Assembly: GCA_003021305.1 (NCBI GenBank)
Contig: PXQN01000058.1
Location: 633-64,632, forward strand
Reading direction: 5' to 3'
From: Halobacteriales archaeon QH_10_67_22
GTDB taxonomy: Archaea; Halobacteriota; Halobacteria; Halobacteriales; Haloarculaceae
Length of the DNA: 64,000 nucleotides
Below, piece after piece: positions 30,917 to 40,610 of the stretch. The notes beneath the pieces are model-generated. The model ran no database searches. It saw nothing but the letters and a program-made list of their open reading frames with translations, and was not told the DNA's origin. Made by a program: the position numbers and the translations under genes. The stretch's first letter is position 1. Each line of letters begins with the position of its first letter.

Positions 30917-31618
30917 TCACTGGCCCGAGTGTAACCTGGCGCCGATGCGTTCGGGCAGGCCGGCGTCGGCGACCGCCTCGACGACGCGCTCGACGTCGTA
31001 CTCGACGCGCCTGGCCTCGATAGTGTACTCGTCGAAATCGAGCACCGCGTAGGCCGCCCGCGGGTCGTCGTCGCGGGGTTGGCCGACGCTGCCCGGGTTC
31101 ATCACGAGCCCCTCCTCGAAGATGGCGTGGCCCTGGACGTGCGTGTGTCCCATCACGAGAACGTCCTCGTCACCCAGCATGTCGCTGTCGTACTCCTCGG
31201 GATAGGTGTAGCGGTCCGGGTCGACCGGATGCCCGTGGACGAGTTTCAGCCGGTCGTCACAGACGACGCGCTGTTCTGGCAGGTCGGTCAGCCACCCGAG
31301 CGCGTCGTCCGAGAGCGTCTCGTGAGCGTGTTCGACGCCGGCCGCGGCCATCCGGTTGAACCCGTAGGCCTGGTCGAACGCGACCGCCCGGTCGTGGTTG
31401 CCCATCACCGTCGGAATCTCGCCAGACAGAGTCTCGGCCGCCTCGTCACCGAGTGGTTCCGTCTCCCCCCGCATCACCGCGACGCACTCGGCGTGCCACG
31501 GGTTGTACCCGACGACGTCGCCGGCACAGACCAGCCGGTCGACATCGGGCATGTCCCCGAGCACCGCGTCGAGCGCCACGAGGTTCCCGTGCACGTCCGC
31601 GATTACCCCGACTTCCAT
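30917..31618 (-). CDS. Metallophosphoesterase (YfcE-like)
   Basis: DVHGN, GDVVG, GNHD, GHTH and NPGSVGQPRD motifs. Confidence 0.92.
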   Translation of the reverse strand: MEVGVIADVHGNLVALDAVLGDMPDVDRLVCAGDVVGYNPWHAECVAVMRGETEPLGDEAAETLSGEIPTVMGNHDRAVAFDQAYGFNRMAAAGVEHAHETLSDDALGWLTDLPEQRVVCDDRLKLVHGHPVDPDRYTYPEEYDSDMLGDEDVLVMGHTHVQGHAIFEEGLVMNPGSVGQPRDDDPRAAYAVLDFDEYTIEARRVEYDVERVVEAVADAGLPERIGARLHSGQ

Positions 31619-31708
31619 AGGGTCTCCTGGCCGCTCCGCCCTCTTAATCTTTCACCCGGTAGCGACATGCCGGTCGAACGCGACCGCCCCGCCGGGGAGC
31701 AGGTCGGG

Positions 31709-32323
31709 CTAGTCCCCGTTGACGATGGCGCTCCGGAAGCCGTCGACTGCGGTCCCGTCGACGCCGACCGCACAGACCGCGTGTTCGAAATCCAGATCGT
31801 AGGCCTCGCGAGCGGCCGCCGGCGCGTCCGTCGCCGCGAACTCGAACGACTCTGGGCTGTCTTTCTCGTAGGTCGCGACCAGCGTCGGTTCGGTCACCGC
31901 CTCGACGAGCACCGCGTCACGGCGGACGGTCCCGACGAACGCACCCGGCCCGTCGCCGTCCGTGCTCGGGTCGTCCGCCGGAACCCCGACGATACCGGCC
32001 ACGCGGGGCGTGTCGTAGTCGTCTTTCTCGAAATCGAGTGCGAGCAGCGGTTCGACCAGCGCGTCCCTGGCCGGATAGCCGAGTTCGAGTTTCTCCGCGA
32101 TCGGGTCGACGTGGGAGCCGTTGCCCACGACCGCCCCCCTGGCCGTGGTGCGCAGGCAGTTGTAAGCGATGTAGGGGTTGTCCGATTCGGGGGCCTCGGC
32201 GGTCGGACCCACCGTGACAGTGCCAGGGTCGGTACCGCGGGCGCGCCTGTTCGGAAACGACCGCGAAGACACGCGGTAGGCCCCGACCGACGGTGCGACG
32301 ACGACGAACCGTCCGACGTACAT
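31709..32323 (-). CDS. purO: Archaeal IMP cyclohydrolase
   Basis: [25 protein letters not shown] and EKDDYDTPR motifs. Confidence 0.94.
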   Translation of the reverse strand: MYVGRFVVVAPSVGAYRVSSRSFPNRRARGTDPGTVTVGPTAEAPESDNPYIAYNCLRTTARGAVVGNGSHVDPIAEKLELGYPARDALVEPLLALDFEKDDYDTPRVAGIVGVPADDPSTDGDGPGAFVGTVRRDAVLVEAVTEPTLVATYEKDSPESFEFAATDAPAAAREAYDLDFEHAVCAVGVDGTAVDGFRSAIVNGD

Positions 32324-32390
32324 ACCCGTCTCTCCCGCCCGCCCGCACAAGGCAATGTCGGTTCGAGGGGTGTGGCCCCGTCGAACAACC

Positions 32391-32982
32391 CATCGTGTTA
32401 ACTTTGGCATCGGTTCCACCAGACTGCGAAGGCTTTGAGCCAGGATTCTGCTGTCGCCGGATCGACGTGGCTAAACGTATTTGAAAACGATGAGGTTCGT
32501 CGTTTTATTTCACGAAAGACACGTTCGACACTATTCCGATTTCCGTGGCGACGGATGTGAAATCGGAGCCCGAGTCGCGACAGTGCCGCTTGGAGATGAT
32601 CGGCGTCATCAATGAGAAACGTTGCATCGTCAATGTCATGTTTCACAGCCAGTAGCGCTCGGTCCCGAGCTGAATTACGGTCTCGTCCAACGCAACGTAA
32701 TTCGAGGACCTGGTGCCTGTCGGCTGTAGGTCGGCTTTTTGCACCCAGTTGTGGATGGCTGTGCGGCTGCGTTGGACACCCAAATTCTCAAGATGTTGTT
32801 TTGTATTCGAAAGTGATAGTCCGGCCAGATGTAGCTGAATACCCACTTCAACGATCCGCTCGGGTGTCCGCTCACGCTCCATAAACTCCAAATCAATCCA
32901 GTCGCTATCTCCGCTGAGGCGGTCGATTTCGGACATGGAACATTCGAAACACCGACCGCCTCGTCCTTATCTTAACACGACG
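32391..32982 (-). mobile_element. IS6-family element with an internally deleted transposase
   Basis: TIR CRTCGTGTTAA at both ends; direct repeat CGAACAACC(C) on both flanks; DDE fragments ALDETVI and RNSVERVFREIKRR in two frames; lower GC. Confidence 0.88.
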
Positions 32983-33032
32983 CGAACAACCCGCCCGAAT
33001 CTTTAAATCCGAACCCGGGGCCATCGCGGGCC

Positions 33033-33683
33033 ATGCACACGTTTCGCGCGCTGGAGACGGCGGCCTACTGCCCGCGCAAGCTCTACTACCGGGAACGCGA
33101 CCCCGATATCGAGGGGCCACCCCCCGAAATCGAGCGCAAGCGCGAACTGGCCTTCCAGTACGAGCGACTCCTGACCGACGACGAGTTGCTCGCGGACGCA
33201 CCCGTCGCGGTCACGCCGACGCAGTACCGCTCGCGACTCGGGCAGGCGCGGGCACGACTCGACGACTGGGCGGCGCTGGCCGACCCGCCAGACCGGGACG
33301 TGCTCCTGACCGGGAAGGACGCCCGCGGTATCGCACACAAGGTGCTCGCGGACCCGCCGCGGCCGTCGCTCGTCTTCGGGGGCGACCCGCCCGACTGCGG
33401 GGTCTGGGAGCCCCAGACCGTGCGGCTGGTCGCCGCGGCGAAGGCCCTGGCCTGGGAACGGGAGTGTCCGGTCGAGACCGCCTTCGCTGAGTACCCCGCC
33501 CACGGCGTCGTCCGCCGGGTGGCGCTGACGACCCGGCGGAATGCGGCCTACCGGTCGGCGCTCCGGACGGCCCGAGCACTCGACGGACCGCCGGCCCGGA
33601 CCGACGACCGGGCGAAGTGTGACCCCTGCGAGTACCGGAGCCAGTGTGGCGTGCGGACGCGGTCGCTCAAGTCGCTGCTGTAG
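33033..33683 (+). CDS. Solo Cas4-like Fe-S protein with a degenerate nuclease site
   Basis: AYCPRK N-terminal Cys plus C-terminal CDPCEYRSQC; no array or other cas genes in the window. Confidence 0.8.
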   Translation: MHTFRALETAAYCPRKLYYRERDPDIEGPPPEIERKRELAFQYERLLTDDELLADAPVAVTPTQYRSRLGQARARLDDWAALADPPDRDVLLTGKDARGIAHKVLADPPRPSLVFGGDPPDCGVWEPQTVRLVAAAKALAWERECPVETAFAEYPAHGVVRRVALTTRRNAAYRSALRTARALDGPPARTDDRAKCDPCEYRSQCGVRTRSLKSLL

Positions 33684-33748
33684 CGGTCGGCCCCGACGAG
33701 AGTCGATCGCCGTGCCAGGGACGGTCAGTCCTCGTGAGCGCCGAGTCA

Positions 33749-33828
33749 TAGTGATTATTGTAGCGATTTACCGGTACGACCGCACGCAGTCGTGCGGTCG
33801 ATCCGGAACGGACCTACAATAATCACTA
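33749..33828. mobile_element. Family B element, copy 3
   Basis: Same TIRs; flanks TCA/TCA, the right one being the sua5 stop codon. Confidence 0.9.
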
Positions 33829-34419
33829 TCAGCCCTCGCGGTCGGCGAGCCAGGCCTCGATGGCGTCGGCGCCGGCGCCCCGGCGGTGGACGACGCCGCG
33901 TTCGACGTCGACGACCGTGCTCTCGGAGCCGGGCGTCTCGCCGTTGTCGAGGACGACCGCCACCGCGTCCCGGACCCGGTCGCCGAGTTCGGCGACCCGG
34001 CGGACGCTCCCGGTCCCGCTCTCGTTGGCGCTGGTGGCCGTCACGGGCGTCCCGGCCGCCCGGTAGAACTCGCGGGCCAGGTCGTGGTCGGGAACGCGCA
34101 CACCGACGCGGTCGCGCCCGGCAGTCAGGGCGTCGGGGACCGCCTCGCCCCGGTCGACGACGACCGTCACCGGGCCGGGGAGGAACTCGCGCATGAACGC
34201 CAGGTCCCGGTCGGTCGGGCGGGTGTACTCGCGGGCGGTCGCGACGTCGGGGACGCCCAGCGAGAGCGGGTTGTCGCGGGGCCGGCCCTTGGTCTCGTAG
34301 ACCCGTTCGACAGCGGTGGGGTCGGTGGCGTCGGCGCCCAGGCCGTACACCGTCTCCGTCGGGTAGACCACGAGGTCGCCGTCGGCGACTGCCGCGCCCG
34401 CCCGGTCGACGTCTGTCAT
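33829..34419 (-). CDS. sua5: Threonylcarbamoyl-AMP synthase
   Basis: YPTETVYGLG, KGRPRDNPL, PGPVT and TATSANESG motifs. Confidence 0.93.
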   Translation of the reverse strand: MTDVDRAGAAVADGDLVVYPTETVYGLGADATDPTAVERVYETKGRPRDNPLSLGVPDVATAREYTRPTDRDLAFMREFLPGPVTVVVDRGEAVPDALTAGRDRVGVRVPDHDLAREFYRAAGTPVTATSANESGTGSVRRVAELGDRVRDAVAVVLDNGETPGSESTVVDVERGVVHRRGAGADAIEAWLADREG

Positions 34420-34457
34420 CGTCGGGGATCGGCCGGTCGCGGGCAAAAACCTGCCGT

Positions 34458-35012
34458 CTAGAGGCCGTCGAGTGCGGCCCCGAGTTCGTCGTAGTCGGGG
34501 AACTCGGGCCACTCGCTCGCGACCCAGGCGTACTGGACGACCCGTTCGCCGTCGAGGACGAACACGGCCGGCCGTGGTTCGCTGACGCCGGCCATCCCGT
34601 CGAGGTCGTTCGCGATGCCGTAGGATTCGGCGACGCCGTTCGCGGGGTCCGAGAAAACGCGGGCATCGACGCCCCGCTCTTCGAGCAGGGTCTTGTGCTC
34701 GTAGGGCGTCGAGATCGAGAGCCCGACGAGTTCGTACGCGCGGTCGTCCGCCTCACCGTCTTCGTCCTCGCCCTCGCGCGTGCTCGGGAGCCAGCCGCGG
34801 TCGCGGAACTCGTTGTACATGTAGGTCGTCGGGAAGGCCCCGTCCATCGGGTGGAAGACCAGCACGACGGGCCCCTCGTCGGTCAGGTCCGACAGCGCAG
34901 TATCCTCCCAGTACTCGGGGCCGACCAGCGGGCGCTCGAAGTCGGGGGCCTGCTCGCCGACCGCGGGGTGGTCGGCCGGGGCCAGTTCGACGACGTCGAA
35001 CTCGACCATCAC
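34458..35012 (-). CDS. Redoxin (AhpC/TSA-fold) protein without cysteine
   Basis: GEQAPDF...VVLVFHP...FSDP...RPAVFVLD; no Cys in the protein. Confidence 0.8.
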   Translation of the reverse strand: MMVEFDVVELAPADHPAVGEQAPDFERPLVGPEYWEDTALSDLTDEGPVVLVFHPMDGAFPTTYMYNEFRDRGWLPSTREGEDEDGEADDRAYELVGLSISTPYEHKTLLEERGVDARVFSDPANGVAESYGIANDLDGMAGVSEPRPAVFVLDGERVVQYAWVASEWPEFPDYDELGAALDGL

Positions 35013-35266
35013 GAGCCCTCCCCGTACGTGCGGTCGAGGTAGTCGACGATGTTGGCGCTCTCGGACATGGTGACGCCGGTCGACTCGTCGACGATGGCTG
35101 GGACGGTCCGCTTGCCGGTGAGTCGCCTGACGACGTCCCGGTCGCTGTGCATCGGTTCGACGAACCGCGACCGGTAGTCCAGGCCGTGTTCGTCCAGCGT
35201 CCGGACGACGCGTTCACAGAACGGACAGGCCTGCAACCGGTACAGCGTGATCTCGGGGTCGCTCAT
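35009..35266 (-). CDS. Glutaredoxin / GST-N domain protein
   Basis: CPFC, TVP and ESANIVDYL motifs. Confidence 0.9.
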   Translation of the reverse strand: MSDPEITLYRLQACPFCERVVRTLDEHGLDYRSRFVEPMHSDRDVVRRLTGKRTVPAIVDESTGVTMSESANIVDYLDRTYGEGS

Positions 35267-35377
35267 GACGCCCGGACGTAGGGCCGAACGGCGTGTAAGC
35301 CCTTCGGCAGGCACGGCAGACTCGCCGGTCCGGTCCCGCCCGAGCGTTTAAACCGGAACGGTCGGTCACCGCCCCGT

Positions 35378-35917
35378 GTGACCGCGAATCGAGCGAGCGA
35401 GCGTGGGGTGAGTCCGGTCGTCGGGGTCGCCGTACTGGTCGGGATCACGGTCGTCCTCGCGGCAGTGACCGGTGGGTTCGTGGCGTTCGGGGTGGCGACG
35501 ACCGAGACGGCACCGCAGGCGAGCGTCGCGGCGACGGCCGACGCGACCGACGGCTGGCCCGACGGGCAGCGACTGCGACTGACCCACGCCGCGGGCGACC
35601 CGCTGGTCGTGGCGGACCTGGCGCTGGTCGTCACCGTCGACCGTGGGGACGTCCACGCCCGTCTGACGGGCCTTCCGACGCGGCGACTGACGGCCGACAA
35701 CGTCCGGGGGACGGACGTGTTCGACAGCGGGTTCGCGGGCGTCGACGGGGCCCTGGACGCCGCCCATACCGACGGCGAATGGACCAGCGGCGAGACAGCG
35801 TCGGTCAGGATCGCACAGGGTGACCTGGACCTGCATCCCGGCGACCGGGTCGCTGTCCGAATCGTCCACCGGCCGACGAACGCGGTGCTCGCGCGAGAGG
35901 CGACGGTCGCGAGTTGA
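35378..35917 (+). CDS. Archaeal type IV pilin
   Basis: Class III signal RG/VSPVVGVAVLVGITVVLAA. Confidence 0.85.
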   Translation: MTANRASERGVSPVVGVAVLVGITVVLAAVTGGFVAFGVATTETAPQASVAATADATDGWPDGQRLRLTHAAGDPLVVADLALVVTVDRGDVHARLTGLPTRRLTADNVRGTDVFDSGFAGVDGALDAAHTDGEWTSGETASVRIAQGDLDLHPGDRVAVRIVHRPTNAVLAREATVAS

Positions 35918-35977
35918 GCCGTCTCGGCGCGTCCCATGACAAGTCTTAATCCCTCGGGGTCGCAAGTTCGCCCGTCG

Positions 35978-37354
35978 ATGTTACCATCGGTAGCCGTGTC
36001 GCCCGGCATCGGGGGCGCCCTCCAGTCGTCGGTCGACCTGTTCGGCGTCACGGTCCCCGAGACGCTGTTCGTGGCGAGCGGCGTGCTGACTATCCTCGTG
36101 CTGATCGGCCTCTCGGCGTTCTTTTCGTCTTCGGAGATCGCCATGTTCTCCTTGCCGCCCCACCGACTGGAGGGGCTCGTCGACGACGGCTTCCGCGGGG
36201 CACGCACACTCCGTGACCTCAAGGCGGACCCCCACCGCCTGCTGGTGACGATCCTGGTCGGCAACAACCTCGTCAACATCGCGATGTCGTCGATCGCGAC
36301 CGGGTTGCTCGGCTTCTACATGAGTCAGGGACAGGCCGTCCTGGCGGCGACGTTCGGGATCACGGCGCTGGTCCTGCTGTTCGGCGAGAGCGCGCCGAAG
36401 TCCTACGCCGTCGAGAACACCGAGTCGTGGGCGCTCCGGATCGCTCGCCCGCTGAAGCTCGCCGAGCGAGTGCTCCTGCCGCTCATCGTCCTGTTCGACT
36501 ATCTGACCCGGATCGTCAACAAGGTGACCGGCGGGCGCTCGGCGATCGAGTCCTCTTATGTCACCCGCGAGGAGATCCAAGACATCATCGAAACCGGCGA
36601 GCGCGAGGGCGTCTTAGACGAGGAAGAACGCGAGATGCTCCAGCGGACGCTCCGGTTCAACAACACCATCGCCAAGGAGGTGATGACGCCCCGACTGGAC
36701 ATGAACGCCATCTCGGTCGAGGACTCGATCGCCGAGGCGATCGAGCAGTGTATCCACAGCGGTCACGCCCGTCTGCCCGTCTACGAGGGGAGTCTGGACA
36801 ACGTCATCGGCGTCGTCCACATCCGTGACCTGGTCCGTGACCGCAACTACGGCGAGGCGAGCGACGAACAGCTCGAACTCGAGGACCTTATCGAACCGAC
36901 GCTGCACGTGCCCGAGTCGAAAAACGTCGACGACCTCCTCACCGAGATGCGCCACGAACGCCTCCACATGGTGATCGTCATCGACGAGTTCGGCACTACC
37001 GAGGGGTTGGTGACGATGGAGGACCTCACCGAGGAGATCGTCGGCGAGATCCTCGAAGGCGGCGAGGAGGTCCCCATCGAGTTCGTCGACGACGACACGG
37101 CCATCGTGAAAGGCGAGGTCAACATCGAGCAGGTCAACGACGCCCTCGAGATCGACCTCCCCGAGGGCGAGGAGTTCGAGACCATCGCCGGGTTCATCTT
37201 CAACCGGGTCGGCCGCCTCGTCGAACAGGGCGAGGTCATCACCTACGACGGCGTCGAGATCCTCGTCGAACAGGTCGAAAACACCCGGATCACGAAAGCG
37301 CGCATCCACCGGACCGACGCCTACGACCCCGACGCCGACGGCGACACCGTTTAG
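35978..37354 (+). CDS. Hemolysin/CNNM-type (DUF21-CBS-CorC) protein
   Basis: FFSSSEIA, GESAPKS, VMTPR, IDEFGTTEG and ETIAGF motifs. Confidence 0.92.
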   Translation: MLPSVAVSPGIGGALQSSVDLFGVTVPETLFVASGVLTILVLIGLSAFFSSSEIAMFSLPPHRLEGLVDDGFRGARTLRDLKADPHRLLVTILVGNNLVNIAMSSIATGLLGFYMSQGQAVLAATFGITALVLLFGESAPKSYAVENTESWALRIARPLKLAERVLLPLIVLFDYLTRIVNKVTGGRSAIESSYVTREEIQDIIETGEREGVLDEEEREMLQRTLRFNNTIAKEVMTPRLDMNAISVEDSIAEAIEQCIHSGHARLPVYEGSLDNVIGVVHIRDLVRDRNYGEASDEQLELEDLIEPTLHVPESKNVDDLLTEMRHERLHMVIVIDEFGTTEGLVTMEDLTEEIVGEILEGGEEVPIEFVDDDTAIVKGEVNIEQVNDALEIDLPEGEEFETIAGFIFNRVGRLVEQGEVITYDGVEILVEQVENTRITKARIHRTDAYDPDADGDTV

Positions 37355-37379
37355 TTTCGAGCGGTCGTCTGACGGCCAT

Positions 37380-37567
37380 TCAGCCGTCGAAGTCGACGCC
37401 CTCGCTTTCCAGCACCGAACGGTCGGCTCGCCGTCGTCGTCGGCCCACTCGCGCAACGGGTCGGCCCGCACCCGGTAGGCCGGGACGTTGTGGGTCGCGT
37501 CGGCGTACTCCTCGCGGACGCCATCGACGAAGGCCTCGGCCTCTGCCACCGTCCGCGCCGGGATCAC
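37380..37567 (-). pseudogene. IMPACT/YigZ family remnant
   Basis: AEAEAFV...YADATHNVPAYRVR...DDDGEP joined out of frame to the C-terminal SVLESEGVDFD. Confidence 0.75.
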
Positions 37568-37893
37568 CCGTCGGACCGTCGCCGGCCCCAGACCCGTTTG
37601 TCGGGTATCCGGACGTGCATGCCGTCGCGGACGCGGATCTGACAGGAGAGCCGCGGGTAGCCAAAGCGGTCGGCGAGGTCGTCGTGCCAGTGCTCGGGGT
37701 CTGGCGGGTCGACCAGGCGGACGCCACAGGTCGCACAGAGGCCCCGCCCCCCGCAGTTCGTCACGGCCCACCGACTGTGCGGGGAGCGGCCGGCCTCCAG
37801 GAGCACGTCGCGCAGGACGGCACCGGCCTCGGCGGTCACCTCGTAGCGCTCGTCGTCGGGCGTCTCGACGGTGACGGTGACGTGCTCGACCAT
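37564..37893 (-). CDS. 2Fe-2S ferredoxin-like protein
   Basis: NCGGRGLCATC...RLSCQ. Confidence 0.85.
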   Translation of the reverse strand: MVEHVTVTVETPDDERYEVTAEAGAVLRDVLLEAGRSPHSRWAVTNCGGRGLCATCGVRLVDPPDPEHWHDDLADRFGYPRLSCQIRVRDGMHVRIPDKRVWGRRRSDG

Positions 37894-37929
37894 CTCCCGG
37901 GGTTCGGGTCGCCAGCGTAAGGTGTCTGT

Positions 37930-38170
37930 CGGTCCGGCGGGGCCGTACGCGGCCACGGGGGGCGGAGACGGCCCACCCGCGGCGAAGACCGGCCAGCCAC
38001 GCGAGCGTGGCGGCGACGAGGAGCGCCACCGCGGAGACGGCGACGGCGCGTTCGGCCGCCGAGTCGGCGCCGAGCAGGACGGCCGCGACGACGGCGCCGA
38101 GCAGGACCAGGGCCGCGACGGCCGCTATCGCCGAGACGTCGACCTACCGGAGCGGTGGCTGGTCGGTCAC
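37930..38170 (-). pseudogene. Small membrane protein with an in-frame stop
   Basis: VTDQPPLR*VDVSAIAAVAALVLLGAVV...LAWLAG; hydrophobic frame interrupted by TAG at 38144-38146. Confidence 0.35.
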
Positions 38171-38201
38171 GTCCGTGACGACGGTCGAGACAGGGAAGAA
38201 C

Positions 38202-38735
38202 TCACCGCAGTTCGATCTTGTGGACGAACGGCAGGTCGCGTATCTCGGTGACGAGGTCGCCGGGGAGGTCGCCCTCGGCGATGACGTACAGGCGGGGCTG
38301 GTCGGTGAACTCGGGGTCCTCGGTGAACGTCTGGCGGATGGAGATGCCACGGTCCGCGATGGCGGTGGTGACGGTCGCGACGATACCCGGTTCGTCGGCC
38401 TCGTGGACGGTGATGGCCAGGGCGGTCAGGTCCAACACCGGCGCCAGGTCCAGCAGACTGGGGATGGCCGAGATGTTCTGGAAGATGCGGCGCAACTCGT
38501 CGTCGGCGAGGATGGCGTCGGTGGTGGCGTCGACGACCCGGCGGTCGACGCCGACCTCGCGGGCGATGCCCGTGTTGGGGATCTCGATACCGCCCGAGAC
38601 GACCCGTCCCTCGTCGTTGACCGAAAAGCCCCGTTCCAGGAGGAGGCGGATGACCGCCTGCTGGCTGGGCGAGTCGGCGAACTTCTCCATGATCGCGTCG
38701 AACGTCGCCCCCTCGGGGCCGTCGTCCTCGCTCAT
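38202..38735 (-). CDS. ACT-domain (amino acid-binding) regulator
   Basis: LLERGFSV...GIAREVGVDRRVV...PGIVATVT; coupled to hisB. Confidence 0.85.
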   Translation of the reverse strand: MSEDDGPEGATFDAIMEKFADSPSQQAVIRLLLERGFSVNDEGRVVSGGIEIPNTGIAREVGVDRRVVDATTDAILADDELRRIFQNISAIPSLLDLAPVLDLTALAITVHEADEPGIVATVTTAIADRGISIRQTFTEDPEFTDQPRLYVIAEGDLPGDLVTEIRDLPFVHKIELR

Positions 38736-39322
38736 CAGAGGTCGCCCTTGGTCGAGGGCGTGTCGCTCCGGCGGTCGTCGACCCGGGTCGCGTCGTCGAG
38801 CGCCCGCGCGAGGCACTTGAACAGCGCCTCTATCTCGTGGTGGGCGTTGTCACCGCTGACGCCGGCGTGGACCGTCAGGCCGGCGTTGGTCGCCAGCGAC
38901 CGCAGGAAGTGTCGGGCCATGTGGCTGGTCATCCCGCCGACCGACGCCTGCGAGAACTCGCCGTCGAACGTGAAGTAGGGGCGGCCGCTCACGTCGACGA
39001 CGACCTCGGCGACGGCCTCGTCGAGCGGGACACGCCGGTCGGCGAAGCGCCGGATCGCGCGTTTCTCGCCCAGCGCCTCCTCGAAGGCCGTGCCCAACGT
39101 GATGGCGACGTCCTCGACGGTGTGGTGGTCGTCGACCTCGAGGTCGCCGTCACAGTGCACCGTCAGGTCGAACAGGCCGTGCGTGGCGACGGCGGTCAGC
39201 ATGTGGTCGAAAAAGCCGATGCCCGTCTCGACGGTGGCGTCGCCGTCGCCGTCGATGTCGAGTACCACCTCGATCTCCGTCTCGGCCGTCTCGCGTGTCA
39301 CCGCCGCCGTCCGCTCGGTCAT
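38735..39322 (-). CDS. hisB: Imidazoleglycerol-phosphate dehydratase
   Basis: [22 protein letters not shown] and PSTKG motifs. Confidence 0.96.
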   Translation of the reverse strand: MTERTAAVTRETAETEIEVVLDIDGDGDATVETGIGFFDHMLTAVATHGLFDLTVHCDGDLEVDDHHTVEDVAITLGTAFEEALGEKRAIRRFADRRVPLDEAVAEVVVDVSGRPYFTFDGEFSQASVGGMTSHMARHFLRSLATNAGLTVHAGVSGDNAHHEIEALFKCLARALDDATRVDDRRSDTPSTKGDL

Positions 39323-39416
39323 ACCTCGACCAAGCGCGTCCGCCTATTTGGCCGTTGCGCTCGCTGGACTGGAACTGTTTTTCTAGCGGTCCATCTCGAA
39401 TCAGGCCCGCAGACAA

Positions 39417-39591
39417 CGTGAAAGCCCCGACTCGGTCGACTTGGGGGGCTCGCTGCGCTCCTCGGCCTTCGGCCTGTGGTGTCCGCTCACGGGCCGGAGG
39501 CCCGTTCGCGCGTGCCGAGGCGCGGAGAAGCACCGCAACGCAGTGAGGAGCGCAGCGAGTCCCTCGAACGGAGCGGACGGGGGCTTTCACG
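39417..39591. repeat. Nested inverted-repeat (REP-like) element
   Basis: Outer arms CGTGAAAGCCCC/GGGGCTTTCACG; inner arms CTCGCTGCGCTCCTC/GAGGAGCGCAGCGAG. Confidence 0.8.
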
Positions 39592-39686
39592 CTGTTGATC
39601 GCACCATCCGTGGAAATGTCTCTCGAATAAAAACCATCGCTGGACTCGGCAAGGACCGAGCGTCAGAACCCGGTCGCTGCGATGAC

Positions 39687-40421
39687 TCACCCCACCGGTC
39701 GCTCGAACGCCCGGGCGGCCAGCCCGACCGACAGGAGCGATATCGCCACCGTGCCGGCGACTAGGACGAGTCCGGGGTCGCACCGCAGCGGCGGGTGATA
39801 GCCCGCTTGACCCAGGGCGAGCGGGCCGTAATCGAGCAGGTCGTTCCCGAGTGCGAGGGCGAGCGCGGTCGCGAGCGCGCCCCGCGTCGTCCGCCCGTAG
39901 TGGGGGAGGAGGTACGCCTCCGGGATGAAACACAGGTGCGTGACGAGGACGCCGAAGTAATTCCAGGTGTCGGGGAAATACGCCGCGACCTGGAGGTTCA
40001 GGGCCAGCGCCGTCCACAACCCGGTCTTGACGAGCCAGACGAACGCGAGCGTGTGGAGGTACGCCAGCACCCGGTTGGTCGCCACTGCGTCGAGCCGGTT
40101 CCCGAGGTTGCCAAGCAGCGTCGCCAGCGACAGCGCCATCAGCCCGACCGCGACCGGCGAGTCCATGTACAGCGGCCACAGCAGCGTCTCGACGTCCGGG
40201 AGACTGGGCAGGTAGAAGTGGATGCCGACGAACACGGCCGTCACGTTCGCAAACAGCAGCCACACGAGACTGGGCGCGTTCTCCAGGTAGTAGCGCGCCC
40301 ACCGCCGCGGGACCGGCGAACCCGTCCCCGTCGGTCCTGTCGGGGGCGCGCCCGGCGTCCCGTCGCTGGACCCGCCGTCCGTGCGAGCGTCGGTGCCGGG
40401 AGCGGTATCCGACGGCTCCAT
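39687..40421 (-). CDS. DUF1405-family membrane protein
   Basis: LWPLYMDSP...LVKTGLWT...NDLLDY...YHP. Confidence 0.8.
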   Translation of the reverse strand: MEPSDTAPGTDARTDGGSSDGTPGAPPTGPTGTGSPVPRRWARYYLENAPSLVWLLFANVTAVFVGIHFYLPSLPDVETLLWPLYMDSPVAVGLMALSLATLLGNLGNRLDAVATNRVLAYLHTLAFVWLVKTGLWTALALNLQVAAYFPDTWNYFGVLVTHLCFIPEAYLLPHYGRTTRGALATALALALGNDLLDYGPLALGQAGYHPPLRCDPGLVLVAGTVAISLLSVGLAARAFERPVG

Positions 40422-40610
40422 ACCGGACGGCGGGGGTCGGGACACTAAGCACTGCCGACCCTGGCCGGCGGTCCAGTCGCCGAGTCGGACCCGCCGTGGG
40501 GCGCCGAGCAGCCCGCCCGACGACACGCCGAACGCGGTCAAATTGCACGACGACATAAGGATACCGGGGAAGATTTATGCCCGCCCATGGGAGAGAACCA
40601 CACGCACAGC

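Noticed and set aside
33033..33828. CRISPR-Cas locus suggested by the Cas4-like gene and the nearby repeat
   Set aside because: No repeat-spacer array or other cas genes; the repeats are dispersed single hairpins
38144..38146. In-frame TAG as pyrrolysine or readthrough
   Set aside because: No pyl genes in the window; a nonsense mutation fits the many other pseudogenes better
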